Virus record (IMG/VR): IMGVR_UViG_3300045988_103468
Location: 1-45,912 of that record
Origin: a virus
DNA length: 45,912 bases
Reading direction: 5' to 3' (one strand)
The notes beneath the pieces are model-generated. The model worked only from the letters and a program-made list of their open reading frames with translations, ran no database searches and had not been told where the DNA came from. How positions within the stretch are numbered: position 1 is the stretch's first letter; each line of letters opens with the position of its first letter. Shown here piece by piece: positions 7,629 through 16,462 of this stretch. The position numbers and the translations under genes were made by a program.

Positions 7629-8104
7629 TTGTCCTTTTGTTTTTGTTTGTAGTTTTCCAAATAGGGAATCTTTTTAATCATCTCGAACGAGAGCACATAG
7701 TACAGGAAGTCGATGTATCGGTTCTTCGGGAATATGCGGTTCAGGTTCTTGAGGATGTTGACCCCGTAGAAATATATCAGGGCATATACTGCGAGCGAGA
7801 TCGCCGACATCGCCCCGTCGTGGTTGTCGATGTTGTCCCCGACGAGCAGTATCATGGCCATCAGTCCCGATATTACCGCAGCCTCGGATATGCACTTGAA
7901 AGCCTTGCGGAATATGAATCCTTCGTGCTGCACGAGCACGCCGGCGAACAGGCCCGTGAAAAAGTTCGCGGCGAATATAATCATGCAGGCCGTCAGTATG
8001 TCGTGTATCGGGGCTATGGCGTTAAACATGTACACCAGGGCGCCTATCGACACCTGCCATACTTTCTCGCATAACCTTTCTATAAACCTCCACAATTCCT
8101 CCAT
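7625..8104 (-). CDS. Holin (multi-TM phage holin family)
   Basis: 159 aa with about four hydrophobic segments and a charged C-terminal tail (KQKQKDK). First gene of the coupled lysis cassette. Confidence 0.7.
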   Translation of the reverse strand: MEELWRFIERLCEKVWQVSIGALVYMFNAIAPIHDILTACMIIFAANFFTGLFAGVLVQHEGFIFRKAFKCISEAAVISGLMAMILLVGDNIDNHDGAMSAISLAVYALIYFYGVNILKNLNRIFPKNRYIDFLYYVLSFEMIKKIPYLENYKQKQKDK

Positions 8105-8114
8105 AGGATATATT

Positions 8115-8303
8115 CTATTGTTCGGTCAGCACGTCTGCCTGCGCCTCGGGCGCCGCTTCCGACTTCTCCAATTCTGCGATCCTCTGTTCAAGCCGTTGCA
8201 GCACCGCGGCTAAAGTTTCCCCTTCGGAAACAAGCACGGCTTCGGCTACGGTTACGGGATAGAACGGCTCGCCGTTGGGCTTGTTGGTCATATACATCTT
8301 CAT
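8115..8303 (-). CDS. Hypothetical small protein
   Basis: 62-aa ORF with an ATGA overlap to the upstream gene. Confidence 0.5.
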   Translation of the reverse strand: MKMYMTNKPNGEPFYPVTVAEAVLVSEGETLAAVLQRLEQRIAELEKSEAAPEAQADVLTEQ

Positions 8304-8566
8304 TGCTCAATATTTTGAAAGTCCATAACCGTTTCTTCGGCGGCCAGCTCTTCGGCACGCCGGGCCCTCAGCTCCGCAAGGGTCTTTTCGTTCGCGTTGT
8401 ACTCCGCGTTGGCCGCTTCGTACTCCTCATAATCCAGGGGATAGGTAGCCCGGAAGTCAAGGCCGGACTTGATGCATTTGGCCGCCCTATCGTCGGACTT
8501 GGCCATGACTGCCCGTAATTCGAGCTGCCGTGATTCGAGGGTGTCGATCTGTCGTTGTGTTTCCAT
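8300..8566 (-). CDS. Hypothetical small coiled-coil-like protein
   Basis: 88-aa ORF, acidic and helical-looking. Confidence 0.55.
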   Translation of the reverse strand: METQRQIDTLESRQLELRAVMAKSDDRAAKCIKSGLDFRATYPLDYEEYEAANAEYNANEKTLAELRARRAEELAAEETVMDFQNIEQ

Positions 8567-8577
8567 GGTTCAGATAA

Positions 8578-9897
8578 TTATAAGGCGCAGACCGGGCGGG
8601 ACGAGAATTTATAACACTTGCCTGTATAGCCCAGAGAGCCGGCCCTTCCGTTATAAATGTAGATGTAACTCTCCTGCATCTCGCATGAAGTATGGACATA
8701 ATAATAATAACCATAGCACGTGGTAGCTTTCAAGCGTAAGAGCGTACGGTTTACAGGGTCTTTTTCCACGTCAGCGGCGAAACACACCCTGTCGTGCATC
8801 AGCAGGTAGACCTCTTCCGACGACGGCAGCCACCATGCCCCCGCCTCCAGCCCCGTCGTCATTCCGTCCACGGTGATGCCGAAGTCGAGGGCTGCGGCGG
8901 CAGCCGGGTAGCGGTACTGTGTTTTGCCGTAAATATCCTCGAAGGTAAGCCGCCCGATCAGGTTCGTGTTGGTCTTGCCATCCTGCAACATCGTCCCGAA
9001 CTCCGTAGGATATTGTGCCATGTGCTCGGCGAACAGGTAGTCCTTGTAGGTGGGATACACGGCAACCAGATCGGGGTTGTCGGCCTCGGTGAAAACGCTC
9101 TCCCGAATGACTATGCCGCTTCCCGGCTTTTGTCCTGTGGCTGCCTGGCCTCTCTCCGAATAATATTCCGCGAACTGGTCGAGGACACCACCTGCCATAT
9201 TTGAATTCACACCATTCTTGCGGCGAATTTCTTCTCTGGTTCCTTTGATAAGTATCCCCGTGAGTGTTGTCTGATAGCTCACGTTCTCCCGAGGATAGGT
9301 GATTTGGCAGCCATTCGTAACGTTGATAAGCACATAATTGGGCGACCATGTGTTTATCGACATGACAATTCGTGCCCCTGCTTCATCGACAGAGGCTGTC
9401 CAGCCATAAGTGTTTTTGATCTTCTCGTCCGCATTGATCTGCGCGGCGATATCCGCGAGCGTCGCACCCGGGGCATAAGTGAATGCGTGGTCGGTATTAT
9501 AGATACGAAGCGTGAAGGTTCCCCCCGCAGACAGTTCGAAGCCAGATAGGGCGACCTCGTAAGAGTACGCCCAGCAAACGCTGCTTGCCGCATTGCGAAG
9601 CGACACGATCAGCACCCGCTCGCCCTGCCGGGCATAGACCACGGCCACGGGAATCAGTTGGGGAGGTATCTTTTCTGTAACCAGCGTATCGCCTTTGATA
9701 AATTTCAACGTACTATCCGTCTTGTCAAAGACGACGAGATCACCGACACCGGCGGCCGATTTGCGGATCACGGTATTCACACCGTCATAGATCAGCACGC
9801 CGTCGTCTTCGACGTATGACACCGCCGACTGTGTGTCCTTGCGGTTCTTGTCGGCCGTGTAACCCGCCTTGTCGGCGTATTTGTTGACTTGTGACAT
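8578..9897 (-). CDS. Tail-associated protein downstream of the tail fibre (function unknown)
   Basis: 439-aa ORF with protein-like composition. The call rests on position only. Confidence 0.65.
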   Translation of the reverse strand: MSQVNKYADKAGYTADKNRKDTQSAVSYVEDDGVLIYDGVNTVIRKSAAGVGDLVVFDKTDSTLKFIKGDTLVTEKIPPQLIPVAVVYARQGERVLIVSLRNAASSVCWAYSYEVALSGFELSAGGTFTLRIYNTDHAFTYAPGATLADIAAQINADEKIKNTYGWTASVDEAGARIVMSINTWSPNYVLINVTNGCQITYPRENVSYQTTLTGILIKGTREEIRRKNGVNSNMAGGVLDQFAEYYSERGQAATGQKPGSGIVIRESVFTEADNPDLVAVYPTYKDYLFAEHMAQYPTEFGTMLQDGKTNTNLIGRLTFEDIYGKTQYRYPAAAAALDFGITVDGMTTGLEAGAWWLPSSEEVYLLMHDRVCFAADVEKDPVNRTLLRLKATTCYGYYYYVHTSCEMQESYIYIYNGRAGSLGYTGKCYKFSSRPVCAL

Positions 9898-9909
9898 GTT
9901 GTATGCAGT

Positions 9910-12876
9910 TTAAGCGTTCTTCCAGTCCGACACCGCGCCGTTGCCCACGGAGTGGTAGACCGCGTTGTTCTTCGTATCGACATAGAACTGCCCCGCGCGG
10001 TCGGGGGCTTTCGTCGGCGCACCCTCGCCCGTGACGACGAGGTTGTTGTCGCCCCAGACGCCCAGCTTCTTCACCTGCAATTCCGGGATCAGCACTTTGC
10101 CCGAGAGCACTCCCACGAGTAGCCCTTCGAGGTGCGTCACGCGCGCTTCGAGCGTGCAGTCCGAGTGCGCGATAACCGAAATTTCGCTGAACGAAGCATC
10201 CGACCACGGCGTGAGCTTGTGCCTGGACAAGAAGTCGGCATCGGTGATCTCCGGCCCCGTCGTGTAGTAGGTGTTGCCCAGCAGCGTGACGTCGACCTGT
10301 GTGAAGGGAGCGCCGCCCTCCACGTCGGGCATGTAGAGCGATTTGGTTCCGTCGAGCGACAGCAGGCGGCAGCCGATGATCTCGACGGCCATATTTTTCG
10401 CCGCAGCATCGGTGCTTGCGTGGATGGTGGCCGCGCCCGTCGAAGTGCCTACGTGCGTGTCGCTGACGCACTCGCAGCCGTCTAACCGAATGGTCTGGTT
10501 GTCGGCAAGGCCCGCGCCGACGGGTGAATGGCACGTACTGAAGAGTTTGCAGTTCCGTACCGTCGTGAAATATCGCTCAGATGCGGCAAAGACCGAATCG
10601 ATATGTATGCAGTAGCAGACTTGGTGACCGCCGGCGCTGGCGTCCGTATAACTCTCGTCGTTCAGGCAGTTGACGGTCATGTTGGCGATGGTGCATTCGC
10701 CGCCCGCCTCGATGATCTTGGCGCGGTTCACGGAGTTGTTCTCATACGAGACGATGACGCCGTCGCGGCTCTCGCCGATAAGCGATATGCGGTTCGCCCC
10801 CTTGTTGATGATCGCATACGGGTAACCCATCGCCACATTCTTCGGGGCCTCGTGATCGTAAAGGCCGTTGCGGATAAACACCGTAACCGCGTTGTTCACG
10901 ACATCGAAGGCGTCCCTTGCGAAGTCGCACGCCTGCGCGACCGAGAAGAAATGCCCCGTCCCGCCCTCGTCCACGGTGAAGGAGTCCGTGTCGAAGTTTT
11001 TCAGCGTGGCCCGGCTCTCGGCATCGCACCATGCGTCATAGTTATTGAGCGTGACGATCAAATCCTCGATGGTGACCTTCTGGCCGATATTGGTGGCTGC
11101 GGATATGCTGGTGCCCACATTCAGCCCTCCCGCTACCGACGCCGCCTTGCCGCGGTAGTAGATTTCGTAGGTGCGGTCTGCCTTGAGGACGAACCAGCGG
11201 CCCCGCTGGTCGAGATTGTCCGAATAGGTAATGATCCGCAAAGAGCACTCTTTGTCCACGCGCAGCTTCATGCGCACGAAAATAAAGTCCGAAGCTGCGA
11301 CCGGGATGCGGCTGGTCAGGGAGAAGTTCGACGTCACGCCTGACTGCGTAGGCGTAACGACCATGCTCCGATCCGTGATGTCCGAGCCCGTATTGTTATA
11401 ATAGCTCTTCGTAAAGTCCTTGAGGATGTAGGCTACGTGGTCTTTGTAGCCTAATTCAGTATTCAATTCTTCCGAAGTCACATATCCGGAATCATTTTCC
11501 AGTTCGGACAGTTTCGAGGGAAGCTCCGTGCGGTCGGCCTTGCCCTGAATCATCTCCTGCAATGCAAGTGTCAACTTGTCCCAGGATACGGTGTTGTTGA
11601 GCAGGGAGGCGCGGATTTCGGAGCCTTCGACCGTAACCTGTATCTCGGAACCGATAGAGCCGACATATACTTTCACGAAGTCAGAAACCGGGATGGAGGA
11701 TATGGAGCCGTCGGCATTTACGAACTCGATAGATTGGGTATCCTCGTTGTAATGCAGCCCCATCATCTCGATAGGCAGGTCGATGATGAACTTCGCACCG
11801 CCCTTTGTCGTGAAGGTCAGCTCGTAGGTTTTGTCGTTGAACTCCGGCAGTCCTACGCAGGTGTTGAGCAGTTCCCGGATGTCGGGATGCGCCGTGGGGG
11901 AGGTGTTGTGCCGCTCGATCTGCCCGCTGACGTCCGGGGTGGGAATTTCAGAGATCGCCTTGTCTGTATAGTTTTTGGCTTCGGTCAGTGTCCGCGCATC
12001 CCCGCCGGATATGTTGCTATTGAGCTCCTCGGACATAGCGTCAAACGTATCGCCGACATTATTCCATAGTTCTGTCGCCTTTGTGTCCGTATACGACTTT
12101 GCCTCAGTCAGCGTGCCCGCTGCAGCCTCCGTCAGCTCCTTCTTGGACACCTTGTCGGATAACTCCTTCCTTATCTCCGTGTCGTCGTAGTTGGAGAGCC
12201 CGGCCAGCTTCTCCTTCTCCTGGTCGGTGTAGTCGTTCGTCGAAAGCCCTTTCCCTTCTTCCTTGTCGACTTTTTCGGCAAGGGCTTTTGTTGTAGCATC
12301 CTGCGACATGGCAATATACTGGCTGTCGCCAGTACTTTGTGCCAAATTCAGCGAAGCCAGCAGGTTCGGGGTGAGATATGACCCAGTTTCGTTTGTTATC
12401 CGCAGGATATAACTGTCGTCACTGTTCTCCTCGACTTCGATAGAGGGGGAAAACCCTTTGAGCATCTGCAACAGCGCCACAATAATTTCTGCGGGGAGTT
12501 CCGTTTCATCGCTTTTCCCCGGCCATAATTCTACAGTCTCGACACCCGGGATTTCAATATCCATTTTCCCGTCAGGAAATTCGTTATCGGGAATATCCAT
12601 GTCGAGAATGTAACCCAATGTCCCGCACCCGAGCCTATGATGATCGAAAAACACTATTGCCGCACCCGGGAGCGTGTCGACGGGCTTGCAATTGATGTAA
12701 TTTTCTCCATCGAATGACGCTACGTATTTGTCGACTGTATGTGTCGACGGGGTACTGAATGTAATACGCCACGGATAATCGGGCAGTTTATCCGAGTTGA
12801 AGCGGATAATAAGCCTGAAATCACTATGGTAATTTATGTGTGTAACATTCTCCACGTTACAGGTGTTTGGCGTCAT
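9910..12876 (-). CDS. Tail fibre / tailspike with a right-handed beta-helix (pectate-lyase-like) depolymerase-type domain
   Basis: Start set to MTPNTCNV (the TAATG overlaps the upstream stop). Tail-fibre repeat LSTNDYTDQEKEKLAGL and HNTSPTAHPDIR are present. The C-terminal half carries beta-helix-like repeats (CTIANMTVNC, TVRNCKLFS, IRLDGCECVS, VEIIGCRLLS). Confidence 0.8.
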   Translation of the reverse strand: MTPNTCNVENVTHINYHSDFRLIIRFNSDKLPDYPWRITFSTPSTHTVDKYVASFDGENYINCKPVDTLPGAAIVFFDHHRLGCGTLGYILDMDIPDNEFPDGKMDIEIPGVETVELWPGKSDETELPAEIIVALLQMLKGFSPSIEVEENSDDSYILRITNETGSYLTPNLLASLNLAQSTGDSQYIAMSQDATTKALAEKVDKEEGKGLSTNDYTDQEKEKLAGLSNYDDTEIRKELSDKVSKKELTEAAAGTLTEAKSYTDTKATELWNNVGDTFDAMSEELNSNISGGDARTLTEAKNYTDKAISEIPTPDVSGQIERHNTSPTAHPDIRELLNTCVGLPEFNDKTYELTFTTKGGAKFIIDLPIEMMGLHYNEDTQSIEFVNADGSISSIPVSDFVKVYVGSIGSEIQVTVEGSEIRASLLNNTVSWDKLTLALQEMIQGKADRTELPSKLSELENDSGYVTSEELNTELGYKDHVAYILKDFTKSYYNNTGSDITDRSMVVTPTQSGVTSNFSLTSRIPVAASDFIFVRMKLRVDKECSLRIITYSDNLDQRGRWFVLKADRTYEIYYRGKAASVAGGLNVGTSISAATNIGQKVTIEDLIVTLNNYDAWCDAESRATLKNFDTDSFTVDEGGTGHFFSVAQACDFARDAFDVVNNAVTVFIRNGLYDHEAPKNVAMGYPYAIINKGANRISLIGESRDGVIVSYENNSVNRAKIIEAGGECTIANMTVNCLNDESYTDASAGGHQVCYCIHIDSVFAASERYFTTVRNCKLFSTCHSPVGAGLADNQTIRLDGCECVSDTHVGTSTGAATIHASTDAAAKNMAVEIIGCRLLSLDGTKSLYMPDVEGGAPFTQVDVTLLGNTYYTTGPEITDADFLSRHKLTPWSDASFSEISVIAHSDCTLEARVTHLEGLLVGVLSGKVLIPELQVKKLGVWGDNNLVVTGEGAPTKAPDRAGQFYVDTKNNAVYHSVGNGAVSDWKNA

Positions 12877-13262
12877 TATTCTTTTGCGGGAATCATTGCC
12901 GACGTGGTGGCATAGCTGTCGTAATCCTTGCCCAAGCTCGCAAATTGGTCTCTGTTGTCCAGGTTCTGATGGATCCACCATTCTGCCGCTTCTGCGGTCA
13001 TGTTCGCATTGGTTATGACCTTACCTTTGTAGCGAAATGCTCCTTGTTTGAGGACATATCCGCCATTATCCGTGTTGTCCTGTTTCATCTTGATTAAAAT
13101 GTGCGTTATCGCGTCTTTGTACTTGTTGGGGCAGTTTTGGGAAAAACTGCCAGCGAACGATTTCCCGGTTACCATCTCGTAATGGGATTCTATCGTCCGC
13201 TTATCCGAAGCGGAGAGAGAGGCATTCAACCTCTCCCTGTACCATACTTCGGGATTCATCAC
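12876..13262 (-). CDS. Hypothetical tail-module protein
   Basis: 128-aa ORF with an ATGA overlap to the upstream gene. Confidence 0.6.
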   Translation of the reverse strand: MMNPEVWYRERLNASLSASDKRTIESHYEMVTGKSFAGSFSQNCPNKYKDAITHILIKMKQDNTDNGGYVLKQGAFRYKGKVITNANMTAEAAEWWIHQNLDNRDQFASLGKDYDSYATTSAMIPAKE

Positions 13263-13849
13263 GAGGCGGGCGACAAAAGCGAATCAAGTGCCGCCTTCGT
13301 AGTCTCGTAGTCCGTCGAGAAGAAGAATATTTGCGGGGTTTTGGCACCTTCTTCGATCATGTCGACAGTCCAGCCTCCCTGCGTGTCGTCACTGTACTTG
13401 TCAAGGGTTGCGTTCTGCCCGACGGCGCCCTGCTCCCAGCCTATGACGGCGAATGCTTGTTCGCCATTCGCACCCTTGTTGTTGTTCTCGTAGATGATGA
13501 CGTACTTGTTCTGCTTGAGTGCGGATACATTGAGGGCGTTCGTCGGAGAATCCGCCAGCATGACGATAGGGATGGTCTTGTTAAAGGACATTCCGATTGT
13601 GGCGTTCTGATCCTCGTATGTGAGGCCGCTGAAAGGTGTGTTTGAGGGAGCCGAAGCAGTGTATGCCTTCTTTCCGGTTCTGAGGACGAGGGTGCTGATT
13701 ACGTTTCCCGCAATCTTCGATGCCTTACGGTCGATGTCCTCTTTTTTGATGATGTAAACGATCTTCTCGACACCCTTGCCGTAATCGTCGTTACAGTCAT
13801 TCAGGATGTTCGCGCCAAGGTTCTCGGCGCATGCGTTTTGTCCTGCCAT
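13259..13849 (-). CDS. Virion structural protein, possibly a major tail (tube)-like protein
   Basis: 196-aa ORF preceded by its own copy of the conserved promoter-like motif. The function is a guess from size and expression context. Confidence 0.6.
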   Translation of the reverse strand: MAGQNACAENLGANILNDCNDDYGKGVEKIVYIIKKEDIDRKASKIAGNVISTLVLRTGKKAYTASAPSNTPFSGLTYEDQNATIGMSFNKTIPIVMLADSPTNALNVSALKQNKYVIIYENNNKGANGEQAFAVIGWEQGAVGQNATLDKYSDDTQGGWTVDMIEEGAKTPQIFFFSTDYETTKAALDSLLSPAS

Positions 13850-13969
13850 TTTTCAGCCTATTTAGTTTTACAAAAAGTCACTAATAGAGCTTTATGGCCG
13901 CCGACAGATATGTTGGATGTACGCGTCATTTCGTTTTGTCGTCTGTTGCTTACCTCACCATAAGCTCTG

Positions 13970-14005
13970 ATGCAAATATGCCTGTGTGCATTTAAATAAC
14001 AATGG
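13970..14005 (-). promoter_or_regulatory. Conserved 36-nt motif, copy 2 (candidate late promoter/activator site)
   Basis: ATGCAAATATGCCTGTGTGCATTTAAATAACAATGG matches 26906-26941 at 27 of 36 positions, including a 16-nt identical block. Lies 120 nt upstream of ATG 13849 on the minus strand. Confidence 0.5.
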
Positions 14006-14011
14006 GGCACA

Positions 14012-16429
14012 CTATTTTTTTCTACCCAATTTTGCAAGATTGGCTGCTACCTTCACCCGTCTCTGTCCGTTGTCAATGTCTTTTACGAGGACGATAGGAG
14101 ACGGGAGGTTGAGCAGCACCCGTTCCATCATTTGTTCCATGCCCCTCATTCCGTCTCCGCGTTGGGGTAAATTGGATACCTGGATGGCATTACCCCCACT
14201 GGAAACATTCATAGCCGACAATACGGCTCCCCAATCATTCACGGCCTGGGCGGTCATAATGGCCTCGCCATTCGATACCCGGGCAACAATGCTATCAGAG
14301 GTACCAGTACCGGGCCCTGTAATAAGACCGCCGGATGCGTATTTAGGAACTTCCGTAGACTTAGTAGAGGATAATGCACTGGCCATCGCTGCGACAATTG
14401 CAGCAACGCTTGCTGCGGTGGCTATTATATTTGCCGGGAATGGAAGAGCGGCATTCCCTTCCCATGCTTTTGCTATAGCTACAGATTCAGATAACACAAC
14501 TTGCATGACAGCCATAGCCTTGGCAAATGCAGCATATTTTTCACTTTCCCCACCAAGTTGTTCGAATACATTGGCAAGGTTTCCTGCTGTTTGTGCGGCG
14601 AGGCTTAAACTTTTGTGTGTCGTTTCTATCTGAATGTTTGCTACATTTTCCTCCGCTTTTTGAAGATCCATACGTGCTTTAATTCGTATTGCCTGTATTT
14701 CTGCGTCGGTCTTGCCTGCAGCCCGATAAACACTTTCCAATTTCTCTATTTGTGCAATTTGCTCTTTGTAGATGTTTACCATCTCCATCGCTGCACCTAA
14801 ATCATTGTCGATCAGACGGGCTTCGTTGATTCTATTTCTATACTCCAGCTCTTGTTCTTCAAGTTGTTTCCTCAAGTTGTCGGATATTTCACTATCCGTT
14901 TTTTGTAATTCCTTATTTAATTCAGCCTCCATCTTAGACACCTCCCTGCTCAAGGCAACTCGCCAGTCAGCCAGTAGTTTCGTACGCTTTTTTGCCATTT
15001 TACTGTAAAATTCATCAATCCATCTTGCAGATTGTTCGATTGATGTTTCTGACGATTCATCCACCCCTTTTTGAGTATTCTGGAAGGTCAGAAGGTTGTC
15101 AGTAGCGACTTTAACCAGCTTGTTGTTTGCTGCATCGAGGTTGTCTATGTATTCTTGGTAACTATTGCTATTGTCACGAACTTCGTTATATAAATCTTCG
15201 TTCATTTTCTTTAACTCGGAATCGACCTCCTTACGCAGCGTGTATGCCGCCTTGGCATAACTTTCGAGCATTTTATCGTCGGCGCCCTCTGCTTTAAGTC
15301 TGTTATAATCCGCCATTACACGGGTCAGATTTTGATACGCCTGGATCTGCTCTATGGTATTCTTCTTCTCCAGGTTAGTCACGATTTGGTTTTGCGCGGC
15401 TTCTGCTTGCGCTTTTGCCATGATATTTCGGACGAGCATTTCGTAGGTTTTGCTCAGTTCTCCGGCTAATATCTTCTCCTGAGACATATTCCCGAAGTAG
15501 GCAGGATATTGTTTCTGCAACTCTTTTACGGCATTTAGCCTGTCTTTGTAGGCCAATGCCGTATTCTGGGTCGCATTGTAGAGTATTTGTAAGTTCACCA
15601 CCTCTGCCTGAGCAGCATTTCTACCTTCCAATTGGGCTGCATTTAGTTGCCTTTGCGCATATTCGGTTGCTGCGATAGCCTCTTTGGCTGAGAATAGACT
15701 TTTAACCCACGACCCTATCTCCTTGCCATATGCTGTAAGCAATGTGATGATTAAAACGAGAGCTGTTTGCCACGAGAAGACAGATGATATTACTTGTCTG
15801 AATACAGGTATTGTCGCCTTTCCTTCGGAGCGTAATGCTTTGTTTGCTGCAGTAGCGCGTTTCAGTTCATCAACGAACATCGGCACGTTGTTGGATATGG
15901 CCAAGAAAAACTGCTGCAAAGACACGGTAAGCGACGGCATTTCTCTTGCGAGTTGTTGCACTTGAAAGGTAAGAGGAGAGAATCCTTTAGCAGCACTTGC
16001 ATAGTTACCGACGTTGTCCCGGAAGTTAAGTAATGCCGTATTTGCCTCGTTAAGCTCCGTTTGTAGTCCGGCTATCTTTTTGGCGAGATCGGTGCCCTTG
16101 GCGGCATTGCGCTCCTCGCGGCTCATTTTGTTATATGCTGCCGTTAGCTTGGCGATGCTGCCTCTGAGTTGTTCGATGCTTCCTTCTTGCTTAACTTCCT
16201 CTTTGATATTGGCCTGCATTTCTCGGGTATATGCGGCCATTTCTGTGCGCAAGGCTTTGATAATCTGCGTCTGTTTGGCAATGCCTGTGGCATTCCCCTC
16301 TTTTTTGAATTCTTGCAGTTTGGTTTTTGCATCATCAATAGCATCGGATGCTGCCGCCCATCCCTGCACCAGCTCTCTGTAGTTGAACTGGATGTTAATA
16401 ATTTTGTCTATCGTATCTTGCTGTGCCAT
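14012..16429 (-). CDS. Tail tape measure protein
   Basis: 805 aa of long coiled-coil sequence with central hydrophobic segments. The C-terminal motif GGLITGPGTGTSDSIVARVSNGEAIMT is typical of tape measure proteins. Confidence 0.75.
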   Translation of the reverse strand: MAQQDTIDKIINIQFNYRELVQGWAAASDAIDDAKTKLQEFKKEGNATGIAKQTQIIKALRTEMAAYTREMQANIKEEVKQEGSIEQLRGSIAKLTAAYNKMSREERNAAKGTDLAKKIAGLQTELNEANTALLNFRDNVGNYASAAKGFSPLTFQVQQLAREMPSLTVSLQQFFLAISNNVPMFVDELKRATAANKALRSEGKATIPVFRQVISSVFSWQTALVLIITLLTAYGKEIGSWVKSLFSAKEAIAATEYAQRQLNAAQLEGRNAAQAEVVNLQILYNATQNTALAYKDRLNAVKELQKQYPAYFGNMSQEKILAGELSKTYEMLVRNIMAKAQAEAAQNQIVTNLEKKNTIEQIQAYQNLTRVMADYNRLKAEGADDKMLESYAKAAYTLRKEVDSELKKMNEDLYNEVRDNSNSYQEYIDNLDAANNKLVKVATDNLLTFQNTQKGVDESSETSIEQSARWIDEFYSKMAKKRTKLLADWRVALSREVSKMEAELNKELQKTDSEISDNLRKQLEEQELEYRNRINEARLIDNDLGAAMEMVNIYKEQIAQIEKLESVYRAAGKTDAEIQAIRIKARMDLQKAEENVANIQIETTHKSLSLAAQTAGNLANVFEQLGGESEKYAAFAKAMAVMQVVLSESVAIAKAWEGNAALPFPANIIATAASVAAIVAAMASALSSTKSTEVPKYASGGLITGPGTGTSDSIVARVSNGEAIMTAQAVNDWGAVLSAMNVSSGGNAIQVSNLPQRGDGMRGMEQMMERVLLNLPSPIVLVKDIDNGQRRVKVAANLAKLGRKK

Positions 16430-16462
16430 ATGCCTCTATATGGTTAAATGGTTAATGAAATA

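Noticed and set aside
9785-11343. Alternative-frame and antisense ORFs of 249 aa (minus) and 271 aa (plus) inside the tail-fibre gene
   Set aside because: They have extreme Arg/Gly/His composition and lie entirely within a 988-aa ORF that has tail-fibre repeats and beta-helix repeats.
8578-12876. Diversity-generating retroelement targeting the tail fibre
   Set aside because: No reverse-transcriptase-like ORF exists anywhere in the window, and no template/variable repeat pair was seen near the fibre C-terminus.
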